Source of the DNA: Psilocybe cubensis
Lineage: Eukaryota
Length of the DNA stretch: 64,000 nt
Assembly (NCBI GenBank): GCA_017499595.2
Contig: CM039003.1
Span: forward strand, 3,286,001 to 3,350,000
Direction: 5' to 3'
Shown: piece after piece, positions 1 through 12,401 of the stretch
Numbering within the stretch: the stretch's first letter is position 1
Layout of the letters: each line of letters begins with the position of its first letter
Program-made: the position numbers and the translations under genes
Notes under the pieces: model-generated
Told to the model about the DNA's origin: nothing
Databases searched by the model: none
Seen by the model: only the letters and a program-made list of their open reading frames with translations

Positions 1-1345
1 ATAGCCTCACAGAACCCCCAGTCGATATTCCACCAAACCCAACATGGTATGACCCATCGAAGATTGTGTCGTTCGATCCATGGGGACACGTCGTGCCGCA
101 GGTGTTTCAGAAAGAGATTGAGGAACAAGGGCTCGATGTGAGACCCAGCATCGCCGTGACCAAGGCCCATTTGAAGATGAGCGAGTTGGATGATGCAGCG
201 AGGAAGGGTGATATTAAGATCGATGGGTCGATTGTGCTGAAAAGCCATCCCGTGAGGAATGTCGACGGAAGCGAGAACACTAGCGTCGATCCCGGCGTGG
301 AAGTGACAGTGAGCAAGGCGGCAGTTGAGCCAGTTTGGTATCTTCCTGGAGTAGCCGAGCGATTTGGAATGTGCGTCATTTGTTCTACTTGCAGAAATTT
401 CAACTGACGTGCTTCAGCTCGGAGACTCTGTTGAGGAGAGCTCTTTTTGAGGATACTGGAGGAATGTATCCAGAACTTATCACGCGTCCAGATATCAAGG
501 TCTTCCTGCCTCCTATTGGAAACTTAACGGTTTATATCTGTATGTTGTTCCCTTCACGTTTTTACGCGATCCAGATAACCATATCTTCAATGTGGATAGT
601 TGGTAATCCGGCGTTTATGTCCGACGAGAGCAAAGAGTTAACGTTGCGTGTACACGACGAATGTGCGTTCTTTTTTTCGCAGTTGCACTGTCCATTAACC
701 TTTTTGGTTCAGGTAACGGTTCTGACGTCTTTGGCTCTGACATTTGTACCTGCAAACCCTATCTGACCTACGCCATCGAGGAGTGCATTCGGGGAGCACA
801 ACGCGGAGGTGTCGGTGTTGTGGTTTATTTCAGAAAGGAAGGCAGGGCTCTAGGCGAAGTCACCAAGTTCGTTCTATTCTTTCATTTGTATTTATGTCGT
901 AATTCATTCCAAATCCAGATACCTGGTTTACAATCTTCGTAAACGCGGTGGCGACTCTGCAGATCGGTACTTCAAGTCCACCGAACTTATTGCTGGCGTG
1001 AAAGATATGCGTTTCCAAGCGCTCATGCCCGACGTCTTGCACTGGCTCGGCATCAAGAAGGTCGACCGGATGGTGAGCATGAGTGACATGAAGTACGATG
1101 CGATTGTGAAGAGCGGGATCAGCATCTGGAATCGATATGATATCCCTGGTGAGTTTTGAAGCTATCCCTTCAAATGTCGTCAAGAATCAGGCTGACCGGG
1201 ATATTTAGACCACCTTATTCCCCCTGACTCACGAGTGGAGATCGACGCTAAGATCGCGGCTGGCTATTTCTCGAGTGGCAAGCAGGTCACGGAAGCTGAT
1301 CTAGTTAAGACTGTTGGAAGAACATGGGAAGAGACTGAACACTGA
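1..1345 (+). CDS. urg1: GTP cyclohydrolase II-like protein (urg1/URC1 family), 3' portion, multi-exon
   Basis: Exons joined over GT..AG introns give RVHDECNGSDVFGSDICTC and RKEGRALGEVTKYLVYNLRKR...DMRFQALMPDVLHWLGI...DAKIAAGYFS, which are RibA-like Zn-binding motifs typical of fungal Urg1/Urc1. Stop TGA is at 1343-1345; the 5' end lies outside the window. Confidence 0.88.
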
Positions 1346-2070
1346 AACATCATGAACGGCGCTGAGTGCGGAGCTTTGATTCCATTTACTGACCAGGGTT
1401 TGTATATCCCTGATATCACTTTTCTTGCCGACCCATTTCCTACTCAAATACCTGTAGTTACATTGATAATTACATTTAGTTGCTGTACATATCGATATCT
1501 TCTCTTGCTTGTAATGCTGTATATCGTTGTTGTCGCTTGATCGCTTCTGTCGGCCTATTTTGGGAGTATCAATCTTAGGGGTGTCGACGCGTTTTAGGCT
1601 CACGTGACGTGAAAGACCAAGGACCATCTTATTGTGGACCTCTTTCTTACTCCTCTTTCCTGACTCTTTCATTCGCCTTTTGTCTGCTTTGACCTTTCAT
1701 AAATTTGGAGGAGATAAAATTCTTTCAATAATCTACAGGGAGAGATACTCTTGTGCTTCAAGTTAATGTCCCCCTGAGTACACGACTGGGCCACGCGATG
1801 GCCCCATTTTCTGAAATTCAATATTCTTTGCGGCTAAGCAGTGGCCCTTAGGTATGCAATACATTGTTGTCATTTCTGTTATAACGCAGCGCCGTGACAT
1901 AGGAATGTCTGATATAAAGACTATCTCAAAGTCAATTGGTTCCAAGTTCTCCCAGAACTTTGTTTCCACTAGCACTGGTGAAGTTGACGTACGTCGTTCA
2001 TGTTGGATTGTACCAGAAGGTTGTGTTGATTGCATTCATTTCAGGAAAACGTCCATAAGCTCCCCCCAGC

Positions 2071-2370
2071 ATGACGAACGAGACCATACCCGACGGACGC
2101 TGTCCTTTGGACAGTAGGTGCCCTAAACTTTACAGTGCGGATGCCTTCGACGGCCTCACAGAGGACGAGATTGCACAATGCAGACAGAAATACATCAAGC
2201 ACCATCTCAAAAAACACCATAACATGGATTGCAAAGCAGGAGACAATACTCCGGTGGTCTGTGTGCTGTGCAAGGAGTACACAGTGGTTCCAATGCAGGC
2301 GTATCCCGCACATCTGGATATATACCACCTCCCATACCCGGTACCGTCCGGGAGGTTGATAGAGGTCTGA
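2071..2370 (+). CDS. Small (99 aa) Cys/His zinc-finger-like protein
   Basis: ATG-to-TGA ORF with CPLDSRC..HLKKHH..CVLC..HLDIYH. The same architecture occurs twice in the 24198-24944 protein. Confidence 0.6.
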   Translation: MTNETIPDGRCPLDSRCPKLYSADAFDGLTEDEIAQCRQKYIKHHLKKHHNMDCKAGDNTPVVCVLCKEYTVVPMQAYPAHLDIYHLPYPVPSGRLIEV

Positions 2371-2590
2371 GGAGAAAGCTGGTGAATAACCCCGGGGAAG
2401 AGATCCTCATCTTCATTTGTTCATTTGTAGTCGTCGTTGCATATATAACCATCCATATCAGAGAATATCTATGTTTCAAACATTTGGTAGTCAATCGATT
2501 GGGCTGTATAGGCCATTGACAGCACCGCGGTGTATAAAATGACAAAGAGATAAGATTATCTTCAAAAAGAAAAAAATATCTGCATAAGTA

Positions 2591-4991
2591 CTAGAGCGCG
2601 GCCTTACCCCGAGGTTCATAAGGCAGTGCAAGTACTACAAGTCCAGCGAGGATAAAGATGGTCCCTGATATAAAGATGGGCACGGACGTAGTGATATTGG
2701 CATAAAGGGCTATGATAGGAGCCTATATGCCACATCCGGTCGTGTACGGAGAAGAGGGCAGGTTCATATAGACCAGGTGATTAGCAAACAACGAGTTGGA
2801 TGAGAATCAGTAAACCAGGACGCACCATGACACCAAACATTCGATTTGCACTGGCACACAATGCGTTCCCTGTGCCCCTTTCTCGTGTCGGCAATAACTC
2901 TGGAGTCAGAGCGTACAAAACACCGTACATGACTTTGGACGTGAAAACATAAGCGCAATTCCATCCAAGCAATGCAGGCGATGAGCGAGACGTAAGAGAA
3001 AGGAGAAGAAAGACACCAGTGAGGACTGAGCGAAGTTAATGATGATGAATTAGTATATTCGATGGAATGAAATATAAAAGATAACATGCCTGTGAAAATC
3101 GACAGAGTTCCTCGTCGCCCTAGCACGGGTATCTCTACCATATATGCCGCGAGCAATGCACCAGGAATACCAACAACAGCTAAAATTACTTGCTGAAAAA
3201 CGGTTTCAAAAAACAGTCATGTTAGTGGTTACACCTAGAGTAAGAAGAATTTGAAGTCTACTTGTGACTGACATTACGGTAGGTGACATATGTTGATCCG
3301 TCGCCGAAGTGGGCACCGCGCGTGGCTAGACTTCAAGATGTTTCTAGTTAGTGACTTCTTTGCCTCCTATGTGTAGAGCTCAGACATACTAATATGTGAT
3401 AAAAGAGCTGTATCTGAAAGAAGTTTGAAAGAGATTTAGAATAACTACCATGTCAAAGACTCACAGTGGAAATGCAAGTCCAATTAACCCTATGGGAATG
3501 GATTCAGTATGGGCACGTCAATGTACAAAATGTACGAGAATGGAAGCAAGACAACGTACCCCAGAGAACAATCAACAAACTCGTCGAATACATAAGCTTC
3601 TTCGTCGCGAAAAGCGGCTTGATGTGGTTCAAGCCAAGGATAGGGGATTTGGCATTCAGTATAGCACTTGACGTTCTTGATTTGGCCGTGGGCATCCTTT
3701 TCGTCGGGATTATTGGTGCGTCTCCCTCCTTTGCCATGTAATCCATATTTTCGTGTGGCTGGCGGATTTTGACCTTCTCGATATAACTTCCAGAGCGTGT
3801 GAGGGCATCTACACTCAACTGTACTTCTTTACCATTGACCTCCCCAACCTTCTTCACAACGGCGATGGCTTCCAGGTCTCTTCCTCTTCCTATGAGAAAT
3901 TTCGGGCTCTCAAACAACTCGAACCAAAATAACCGTATAAGGGCGAAGCAAAATATAAGAAGTGAAAGCACTAAGAGAAGATATCTCCAACCCCTGTTTT
4001 CGCTTGGGTGGAAAGCAGACAAGGGTTTGCAGGAGAAATTGATGATGAGCGGCCACGCTATCTGCATACAGATGGTAAGCCTTTCTATCAGTATGTCATC
4101 ACTTGGGGAAATGAATGTACAAGGCTGGTTATCAATTGACCAAAGGCCCACCAAATTGAGAGCACTGTAAGGAGGTACTGGTGTGTTCCTGGTAGAAACT
4201 CTTCGAGGGAAGTGAGCTCGTCGAATGACCAAAGAAAGAAAGAATCCTACCCAGGAAGATCAAAGAATCGACAGGAAAATTCCCTCCCACCCCAACAGAC
4301 CATGCCGCCCCCATTCCGATGAGCATTGGGTAATCCCGGGAGAATACACCACAAAAAGAGAATAAGGCTGTAATAAGCAGTGTAAGGGTAAACGAGATCC
4401 TGATTGAAGATAACTCAAACTTCGAAGCAACGAAAGAGAAGCAAATAGAGCATACTTCCGTCCCCAGATATCAGCGGCAATCCCCCAGAATGCAGCACCG
4501 AGCAGCAATCCAATGTTCTGGCCAAGTGTGAGATATGGGAGGCGTGAGCTTGACGTGAGCTCCGGTGTGATGGTAGGGAGTATCAAATTGATAGCTACCT
4601 GGCGTTGTAGAAAGGTAAGAAAGAATGACAAAATCACAAAGTATAAAAATGTACCATCCAGGCGTTATCGCTTTATACAAATATTCAGTACTCGATTCTG
4701 AATGATATGTGATTTTGAGGAGCTTACGAGAAGTATCCAAACCCAGTTACTATGAATAAACGCCTAAGTGACTTTCAGCAGCTGAGCAAAGAAATAGGGG
4801 CCATGAAATCGATACCATTGGTACTTCCCCATCCCAATATCCTGTATCGCGCCATTAACTACACGACATTTATTTACGTATTCAGAATCTCCTGTGTCGA
4901 GCTGGGACCCCGATTCGGCGTCCATTGCCTTCACGATATCGTTGGGGATTTCCAATTTGTTTTCGATGCCATCCACATGTGGTACCGCCAT
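2591..4991 (-). CDS. MFS transporter (SV2/sugar-porter-like), copy 1, multi-exon
   Basis: Motifs IGMGKYQW, FWGIAADIWGRK, GGNFPVDS, RGWRY, ESPKFL, LGRRGTL, PTRERGTG and C-terminal EPRGKAAL*. Many short GT-AG introns. Confidence 0.88.
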
Positions 4992-5519
4992 ATTGCAGGT
5001 GGATAGATGGGTGAATATAAAGAAAGAGGAATACCATAAAAGCCGTTGATAGCTGGCTTGGTCATGTAATGAACCGACAGCTTGCAGTCCAGAAGGCGCG
5101 AAGCCAAATGGAAAAAGGTCAACTTCGGAGATCCGCCGCTGGGAGTAAATCGGCAGTATTAATACAGAAAACTACGGATCACACCAAAATAGAGGATACT
5201 ATGCCAGGTATATCGTAGAAAAGAAGGTGTGAATGTATTCTGAACGCTTACCTTGTACATAAGTACACAAACGTTACTTTGGGGCGTGATCATCAGAAGA
5301 GCGCGATTCCCTGTCCATAAGGGGCAGATTGGATGACAGAGTGTATGATAATTTCATAATAGTAAGAGAGAACGAATTATAGTTCAGAAGGGGTAAAAAT
5401 GACAACAAGAAAGCATCTTTGAGAAACGAAATATTAAGAGGCAAAAAGAGGCAGAACAAGTGAGCTGTTGGCAAATTGCTTACTAATAGTATTACTAATC
5501 GTAAAAACCAAACAATAAA

Positions 5520-6388
5520 CAATACTCTGGTGGTCTGCAAGGAGTCTGCAAGGAGTACACATACACTGCGGGCTCCGATACATGTTTGATGTCAAACATT
5601 GACAATCAAACAGATATTATGTAGGATATAGATGTTTGATGTCACGCACATATTGTGTTTGACAACAAACATGCTTCAAACATAAATTGTGTTTGAACTC
5701 TGTGTGACATCAAACACTAAATATGTTTGAGCACTGTTTGTTAAAAAATATTAGCCTGACATAATTCCTGTTTGAATAGCTGTATGATAAGGTTCTGTAA
5801 GAGATCAACCATAAAATCCGTATCTTATCTAACATGAATATCAAACATATTTTAGGTAAGCATTCAACCAGAATATTTGTCCGAAATCAAACAGATTGCC
5901 AAACAGATATGTATGAACCAATCAGATTCGAGAAAAAATGGATGTTTGATAATTGTTTGATTTTGGACAAATATTCTGGTTGAATGCTTACATAAAATAT
6001 GTTTGATATTCATGTTAGATAAGATACAGATTTTATGGTTGATCTCTTACAGAACCTTATCATACAGCTATTCAAACAGGAATTATGTCAGGCCAATATT
6101 TTTTAACAAACAGTGCTCAAACATATTTGGTATTTGATGTCACACAGAGTTCAAACACAATTTATGTTTGAAGCATGTTTGTTGTCAAACACAATATGTG
6201 CGTGACATCAAACATCTATATCCTACATAATATCTGTTTGATTGTCAATGTTTGACATCAAACATGTACCGGAGCCTGCGGTGATACAGTGGTTTTGTAG
6301 TGGTTCCAATGCATGCGTATCCCGCACATCTGGATATATACCACCTCCCATACCCGGTACCGTCCGGGAGGCTGATAGATGTCTGAGG
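5520..6388 (+). pseudogene. Truncated 3' half copy of the 2071-2370 zinc-finger ORF, interrupted by a MITE
   Basis: CAATACTCTGGTGGTCTG..AAGGAGTACAC (about 5520-5560) and GTGGTTCCAATGCATGCGTATCCCGCACATCTGG.. (from about 6300) match 2244-2370. Confidence 0.75.
5564..6283. mobile_element. 720-bp palindromic MITE/foldback element, CACTA-like
   Basis: Termini CACTGCGGGCTCCGATACATG...CATGTACCGGAGCCTGCGGTG, inverted arms of about 330 bp, and 3-bp TSD ATA (5561-63 and 6284-86). Absent from the paralogous site near 2280. Confidence 0.92.
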
Positions 6389-6607
6389 AGAAAGCTGGCG
6401 AATAATCCCGGGTAAGAGATTATCATCTTCATTTGTTTATTTGCAGTCACCGGCGTCGTCGCATATATAACCACCTATCTCAGTAAATATTCATGTTTCA
6501 AACATTTGGTAGTCATTCGCCAGGACGTATGCGGTGACTGTACCGCTGTGTATAAAATGACAAAGAGATAAGATGACCTTCAAAAGAAAACAATATCTGG
6601 ATAAGTA

Positions 6608-9005
6608 CTAGAGCGCTGCCTTCCCCCGAGGCTCGTAAGGCAGTGCAAGCGTTACAATTCCAGCGAGAATAAAGACGGTCCCTGATACGAAGATGGGCAC
6701 GGACGTAGTGATATTGGCATAAAGGGCTATGATAGGAGCCTATATGCCACATCCGGTCGTGTACGGCAAAGAAGACGGGTTCAGATAGACCAGGTGATTA
6801 GCAAAGGTCAAGTGGGACGAGAATCATGGTAAACTAGGACGCACCATTACACCAAATATTCGATTTGCACCTGCACATAATGCATTTCCTGTGCCCCTTT
6901 CCCGGGTTGGGAATAGTTCCGGAGTCAGAGCGTACAAAACACCATACATGACGTTGGACGTAAATGTATAAGCACAATTCCACACAAGCAATGCAGGTGA
7001 CGAGCGAGACGTAAGAGAAAGGAGAATGAAGACACCGGTGAAGACTGAGTGAAGTGAATGATGTCGAATTAGTATACATGATGAAATGGAATATAAGATA
7101 TAGCATGCCTGAGGAAATCGAAAGAGTTCCTCGTCGTCCTAGCACGGGCATTTCCACCATATACCCCGCAAGCAACGCACCAGGGATACCAACAACACTT
7201 AAAATTACTTGCTAAAATGGTTTGAAGAAACAGCAATATCAGTGTTGAGGCCAAGAGCAAGAAGTGGGAGTCTACTTGTGACTGACATTACGGTAGGTGA
7301 CATATGTTGATCCGTCGCCGAAGTGAGCACCACGCATGGCTAGGCTTCAACAGGCTTCTAGTTAGCGCTTCCTTTGTATAGAAAGAGTTCCATTCAAACG
7401 TACTAATACGTGATGAATGAGTTGTATCTGAAAGATATTTGAAAGAGAAGATCACCACCATGTTAGGGACTCACAGTGGAAATGCGAGTCCAATAAGTGC
7501 TATGGGAATGGATTTAATAAGGGAAGTCGATGTACAAAGTGTCCCAGAATAACAGGAAAGACATCGTACCCCAAAGAATGATCAACAAACTCGTGGAATA
7601 TGCAAGCTTCTTCGTGGCGAAAAGCGGCTTGACGCGGTTCCAATCAAGGATAGCAAATTTGGCGTACATTATAGCACTTGATGTCCCTAATGTGGTCGTG
7701 GGCATACATTTCGTCAGAAGTATAGTTGATTTTTCTTCCTTCGCTACGTGATCACCAGTGTCGTGTGGCTGGTTGATTTTTACCTTGTCGGTATGATCTC
7801 CTGTGCTTGCGAGGGCATCCACATTCAACTCGACTTCTTTACCATTGACCTCCCCGACCTTTTTTACGACGGAAATGGCTTCTAGGTCTTTTCCTCGGCC
7901 TATAAGAAATTTCGGGCTCTCATACAGCTCGAACCAAAGAAACCGTACAAGGGAAAAGCAAAATGTGAGAAGCGAAAGCACAAGCAGCAGGTACCTCCAA
8001 CCCCTATTTTCGCGAGGTTTGCAAGCAGATAAATGGTTACAGGAAAAATTACTGATGAGCGGCCATGCCACCTAAATAGAGCTGGTAAGCCTTTTTGTCA
8101 GAATAAAAAACGTTCAGGGAAATGAACGTACAAGGCTGGTTGTTAATTGACCAAAAGACCACCAAATTGAGAGCACTGTAAGTAGGTACTGGTGTGTTCC
8201 TGGTAAAAACTCTGTGGGGACTGAGCACAATTGAATGGTTAAATATAGAACTAAATCTACCCAGAAAGATCGAAGAATCGACAGGCAAATTGCCGCCTAC
8301 CCCAACAGACCATGCCGCCCCTAATCCGATGAGCGTTGGGTAGTCATTGGAAAATACACCACACAGAGAGAAGATGCCTATCATCAGCAGTGTAAGGGTG
8401 AATGATATCCTGGTTGAAGATAACTCAGAAATCGCAGCAGCAAAAGAAATGCAAATATAGTATACTTCCGTCCCCAGATATCAGCGGCCACCCCCCAGAA
8501 TGCAGCGCCAACCAGCAATCCAATATTCTGGCCAAGTGTGAGATATGGGAGGCGTGAGCTTGACGTGAGCTCCGGTGTGATGGTAGGGAGTATCAAATTG
8601 GTAGCTACCTGGCGTTGTAGAAAGGTAAGAAAGAATGACAACATCACAAAGTATAAAAATGTACCATCCAGGCATTGCCACTTTAGATAAATATTATATT
8701 CAGTACGGAGTGCTTGAGGCTATGTGGTTCTGAAGAGCATACGAGAAGTATCCAAACCCGGTTACCATGAACAAACGCCTAAGTGACTTTTAGAAGAGCA
8801 ATGAAATGGAGGCTATGAAATCGATATACCATTGGTACTTCCCCATCCCAATTTTCTGTATCGCGCCATTGAGTATAAGACATTTATTTGCGTATTCAGC
8901 ATCTCCCGTGTCGAGCTGGAACGGCGAGTCGGCGTCTATTGCCTTCATAATATTGTTGGGGATTTCCATTTTGTTTTCAATGTCATCTGCCAGTGATACC
9001 GCCAT
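6608..9005 (-). CDS. MFS transporter, copy 2 (tandem paralogue), multi-exon
   Basis: Same exon structure and motifs as copy 1 (GGNLPVDS, RGWRY, ESPKFL, EPRGEGSAL*). Confidence 0.88.
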
Positions 9006-10160
9006 ATTGCAAGTGGATAGATATGGAGCTTTTGCTTGTGGGTGAATATAAAGAAAGAAGAATACTATAAAAGCCGCGGATAATTGACTTGACCATGCAA
9101 TGAATCGACAACTTCCAGTCCAGAAGGCGTGCAGACAAGTGGAAAAAGGTCAACTTCGGGATCCGCAGCTGGAAAGGTGCTAATCGGCAGTAGAAGTACA
9201 GAAAACTACCGATTACATCAAAGTAGAGCATACCATGCCAGGTATATTGTGGAAAAGAAGGTGTGGGTGTATTTTGAACGCTTATCTTGTACATAAACCA
9301 ACTTGTACTTTGGGGCTTGATCATCAGAAGAGCGATATTCTCTGTCCATAAGGAGCAGATTGGATGACAGAGTATGATACCTTCAGAGTAGTAAGAGAGA
9401 GTAAGAGAGAACGAATTATAGTTCAGAAGGGGGGTAAAAGACTCAACTAGAAAGCAGACTTGAGAAACGAAAGAAAATTTAAGAGGCCAAGAGAGGACAG
9501 TGAATGTGAGCCGTTGGCAAATTGCTTACTCATCGTAGTAAACAAACAGTGAACAACATAGTTGTCCGGTTTGGTCCGGCCATCATCCCACGCCCCATTC
9601 TTTCTGAGCAGGGGAATCCCTGAGCTGGAGCCTGGAGGCTGGTCACCAAGCATCGATACTGGACGATTGCCCGAAGGTCACCTCAACTTCATGATTATAC
9701 AATCACCCTCAGAGTTGGTCCCATTAGGGCCCGTTTCTATGGAAAAATACACACCAATGTGATCACAAAGTTAAGCACATAGAGGATAGTAGTATTTCAT
9801 GTATTAACCAGAAAAAGGGTTTGGGGTCTCGGACATCGTGCTTTGACCCACAACACTTTGACAACCAAATATTGGACCAGCATGTCAAAGCGCCCAAACC
9901 ACGCAGGACTGCCAGATTAAGAGTGCTCGCATTGGCCAAAGCCACCCGCATATCATCTACACACGCATTGACTTTCGCCTACGCGCATTATTTGCATAGT
10001 GAGGGTGTATGTTTATGGAAAATTGGCGCGCATTGTTGCCAGCTCTCATGTATAAAAGTCACAAGATGTATTGCAATAACTCATAGAACTTACTGATCTC
10101 GATTCTGAAAGTCTATTCCGTCAGCTATCAATATTCCATATCCTCTGCAACCAAGCATCA

Positions 10161-11102
10161 ATGGACTCACTTCCTTCCCATATTTCTCCTCCCCTCTCTC
10201 CAACAGCAATCCCAGAAATGCCCGATGGAAGTATTCTAAGTTTCAGGCTGTCTCCACCCACAACTCCCAATAAAGGTTGCTCCTCACTTTACAATCGATC
10301 AGCGACTTTTCCAGGCCTTTCTGCAGGCATACCTCCGCCTCACTTTGCTTATACCGGCAATTCTGGTGGGGATATACTCCACAAAGACTCAACTACATCA
10401 GTATCTGAGACAATGTCCAATATGCAACTTCATGAGCGTCCTTTACGACACTCCGTTCTCCCTGAGTCGGAAGAGCCAGTGAGCCCAATACCTGACAGAA
10501 TGTTTGCAGAAATTCCGGGGTACCATTTGAGATACTCAGAGCGTGAGCATGGTTCTCCAAGATCTCCAGGGTCGCCGGCCAGAAAAATGTCAATGGCTTT
10601 TCCAGCTCGTTCTCCTTCGTCCTCGCCCAAGTCCCCAGGATTTCACAACATGGGGCGTATTCCATCCATATCCAAACTGAGAGAAAGGGCGCGGAAGACT
10701 TCCACTCCGTATACCAGGGCCCGTAGTACCATGGGATCTTCATCAGTCTCAGCTGACGACAGGGATATACTTCCATATGACACGTTCAAAGTTTCAAATA
10801 AGGATAAAATGATTGAATGCGGGTGGCAGGGGTGTAAATCACAAATTAGAAACAACCAAGACGCTCTTCAGACCCACCTTGGGCGACACCACATGAATAG
10901 CAATGGTGGGAAGTGCCAGTGGGACAACTGCACTGACGATACAAAGTTCTTCATTGCAGAAAACCTGGCAAAGCACACCGCGGCGAAGCATGTGGCAACG
11001 TATTTGCGAACATGTCCTCTATGCGGTACATCACTGACTCCCCAGGCAGTTGCAGCCCATATGAAGGCAGAGCATGCGGAAAAGGTATTGTATAAGTCCT
11101 AG
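10161..11102 (+). CDS. Ser/Pro-rich protein with three C-terminal C2H2-type zinc fingers
   Basis: Intronless 313-aa ORF with CGWQGC..HLGRHH, CQWDNC..HTAAKH and CPLC..HMKAEH. TATAAAA at about 10051; paralogue at 22047-22943. Confidence 0.85.
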   Translation: MDSLPSHISPPLSPTAIPEMPDGSILSFRLSPPTTPNKGCSSLYNRSATFPGLSAGIPPPHFAYTGNSGGDILHKDSTTSVSETMSNMQLHERPLRHSVLPESEEPVSPIPDRMFAEIPGYHLRYSEREHGSPRSPGSPARKMSMAFPARSPSSSPKSPGFHNMGRIPSISKLRERARKTSTPYTRARSTMGSSSVSADDRDILPYDTFKVSNKDKMIECGWQGCKSQIRNNQDALQTHLGRHHMNSNGGKCQWDNCTDDTKFFIAENLAKHTAAKHVATYLRTCPLCGTSLTPQAVAAHMKAEHAEKVLYKS

Positions 11103-11589
11103 ACCCTGGATGACAATTATCGTATGGATGTTACCGAAATTTATCTCATAGTTTAGTTTTATCACTTTTATACTAATTATACATGCTATTAATATGATTC
11201 CTTAACCAGTTCACTTATACATGACACATTTCCTTGTCCTTACCCCTACAAGACCAAGCGAGATTCGTTATACAGTTATCGTGGCGTTGAATCTCTTTAG
11301 TCTCAAGATATGATCCGTTATGGATTCATTTAAGAACATACATCAGATATAACTCGAGTATCCGCTGTGCGTATCAATACTAATCATGAACGGCAATGGA
11401 ATGGAAGAATCTAAGGCGAACGAGTAGGATAAACGCGTTTCGGACAAACTATCGACCAATAGTAGAACTTGCACCCCTGAGTAAGAAACGGACGGGCGAC
11501 TTCGAGATATTTATAAGGCAGTGGATCCTTACACTCTACTACATATAAATTGAGTCACTTCCTCAGCACCAAAGACAAGATTAAACATC

Positions 11590-11879
11590 ATGAATCTCTT
11601 CAAACTTCCTCAGTTACTGGCGCTTATATCTTACGCAGTCATATTAACGGCGGCTCCTGCGCTCGCCGGTTCCGGCGATCCTGCATCATGCGCCGAGGGT
11701 GAGCGTGAAAACTTTCAGTCGCTGACACCGTTAACTCACTTTTTCCCTCATTGCACCCTCTAGGCTGTATTACAGACGTTGTGGCATGCGAGTCTACATC
11801 TTTAGCATCCCCGTCGGGCATACAAGACTGCTTGAAACAATTTATGGCGTGCAACGCGTTATGTGGTGTCGGTATCTAG
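11590..11879 (+). CDS. Small secreted 6-Cys peptide SSP-a
   Basis: Intron 11699-11763. Spliced product MNLFKLPQLLALISYAVILTAAPALAGSGDPASCAEGCITDVVACESTSLASPSGIQDCLKQFMACNALCGVGI*. Confidence 0.85.
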
Positions 11880-12401
11880 CCACCAGAGGGAGAACAGTGT
11901 GTGTTTCTTCTTGTACTGTGTCCTGGAAGTACTCTTCTAACCGGGATATCTCGTAGCGGCATCCTAGAGGAGAGGAATACAGGAGCAGACTTTAAACATG
12001 ACAATTTTTTACATGGATGTATTGTAGTTTGCGAACACATTGTGATGGGTGCACTCATGACTTTATGTTAACATAAGTCATAGTAGTAATAAAAACATCC
12101 AACCTATTCATAGTCTTCAATGCACACAACTGTGCTGCAGTGATATCCATATTGCCCCACCAAAAAAGAAGAAAATAAAATGACGAAATAAATTACAAAC
12201 GAATTTTAGAAATTCCATTACGATGGATCGCGTTTTAAAAACGTAGTAGTACTTGTCTTAACTAGTAATGATACATCTAACTAACCCTGATCCCAACTCC
12301 ACCTTGACCAAATAATCAAAAAATCCAACCCAACCCAGATAACAAAAGATCCGAAATATATATTGGCCAGAGCACCCCAGGTTCCAAAGGGTTCCATGGT
12401 G

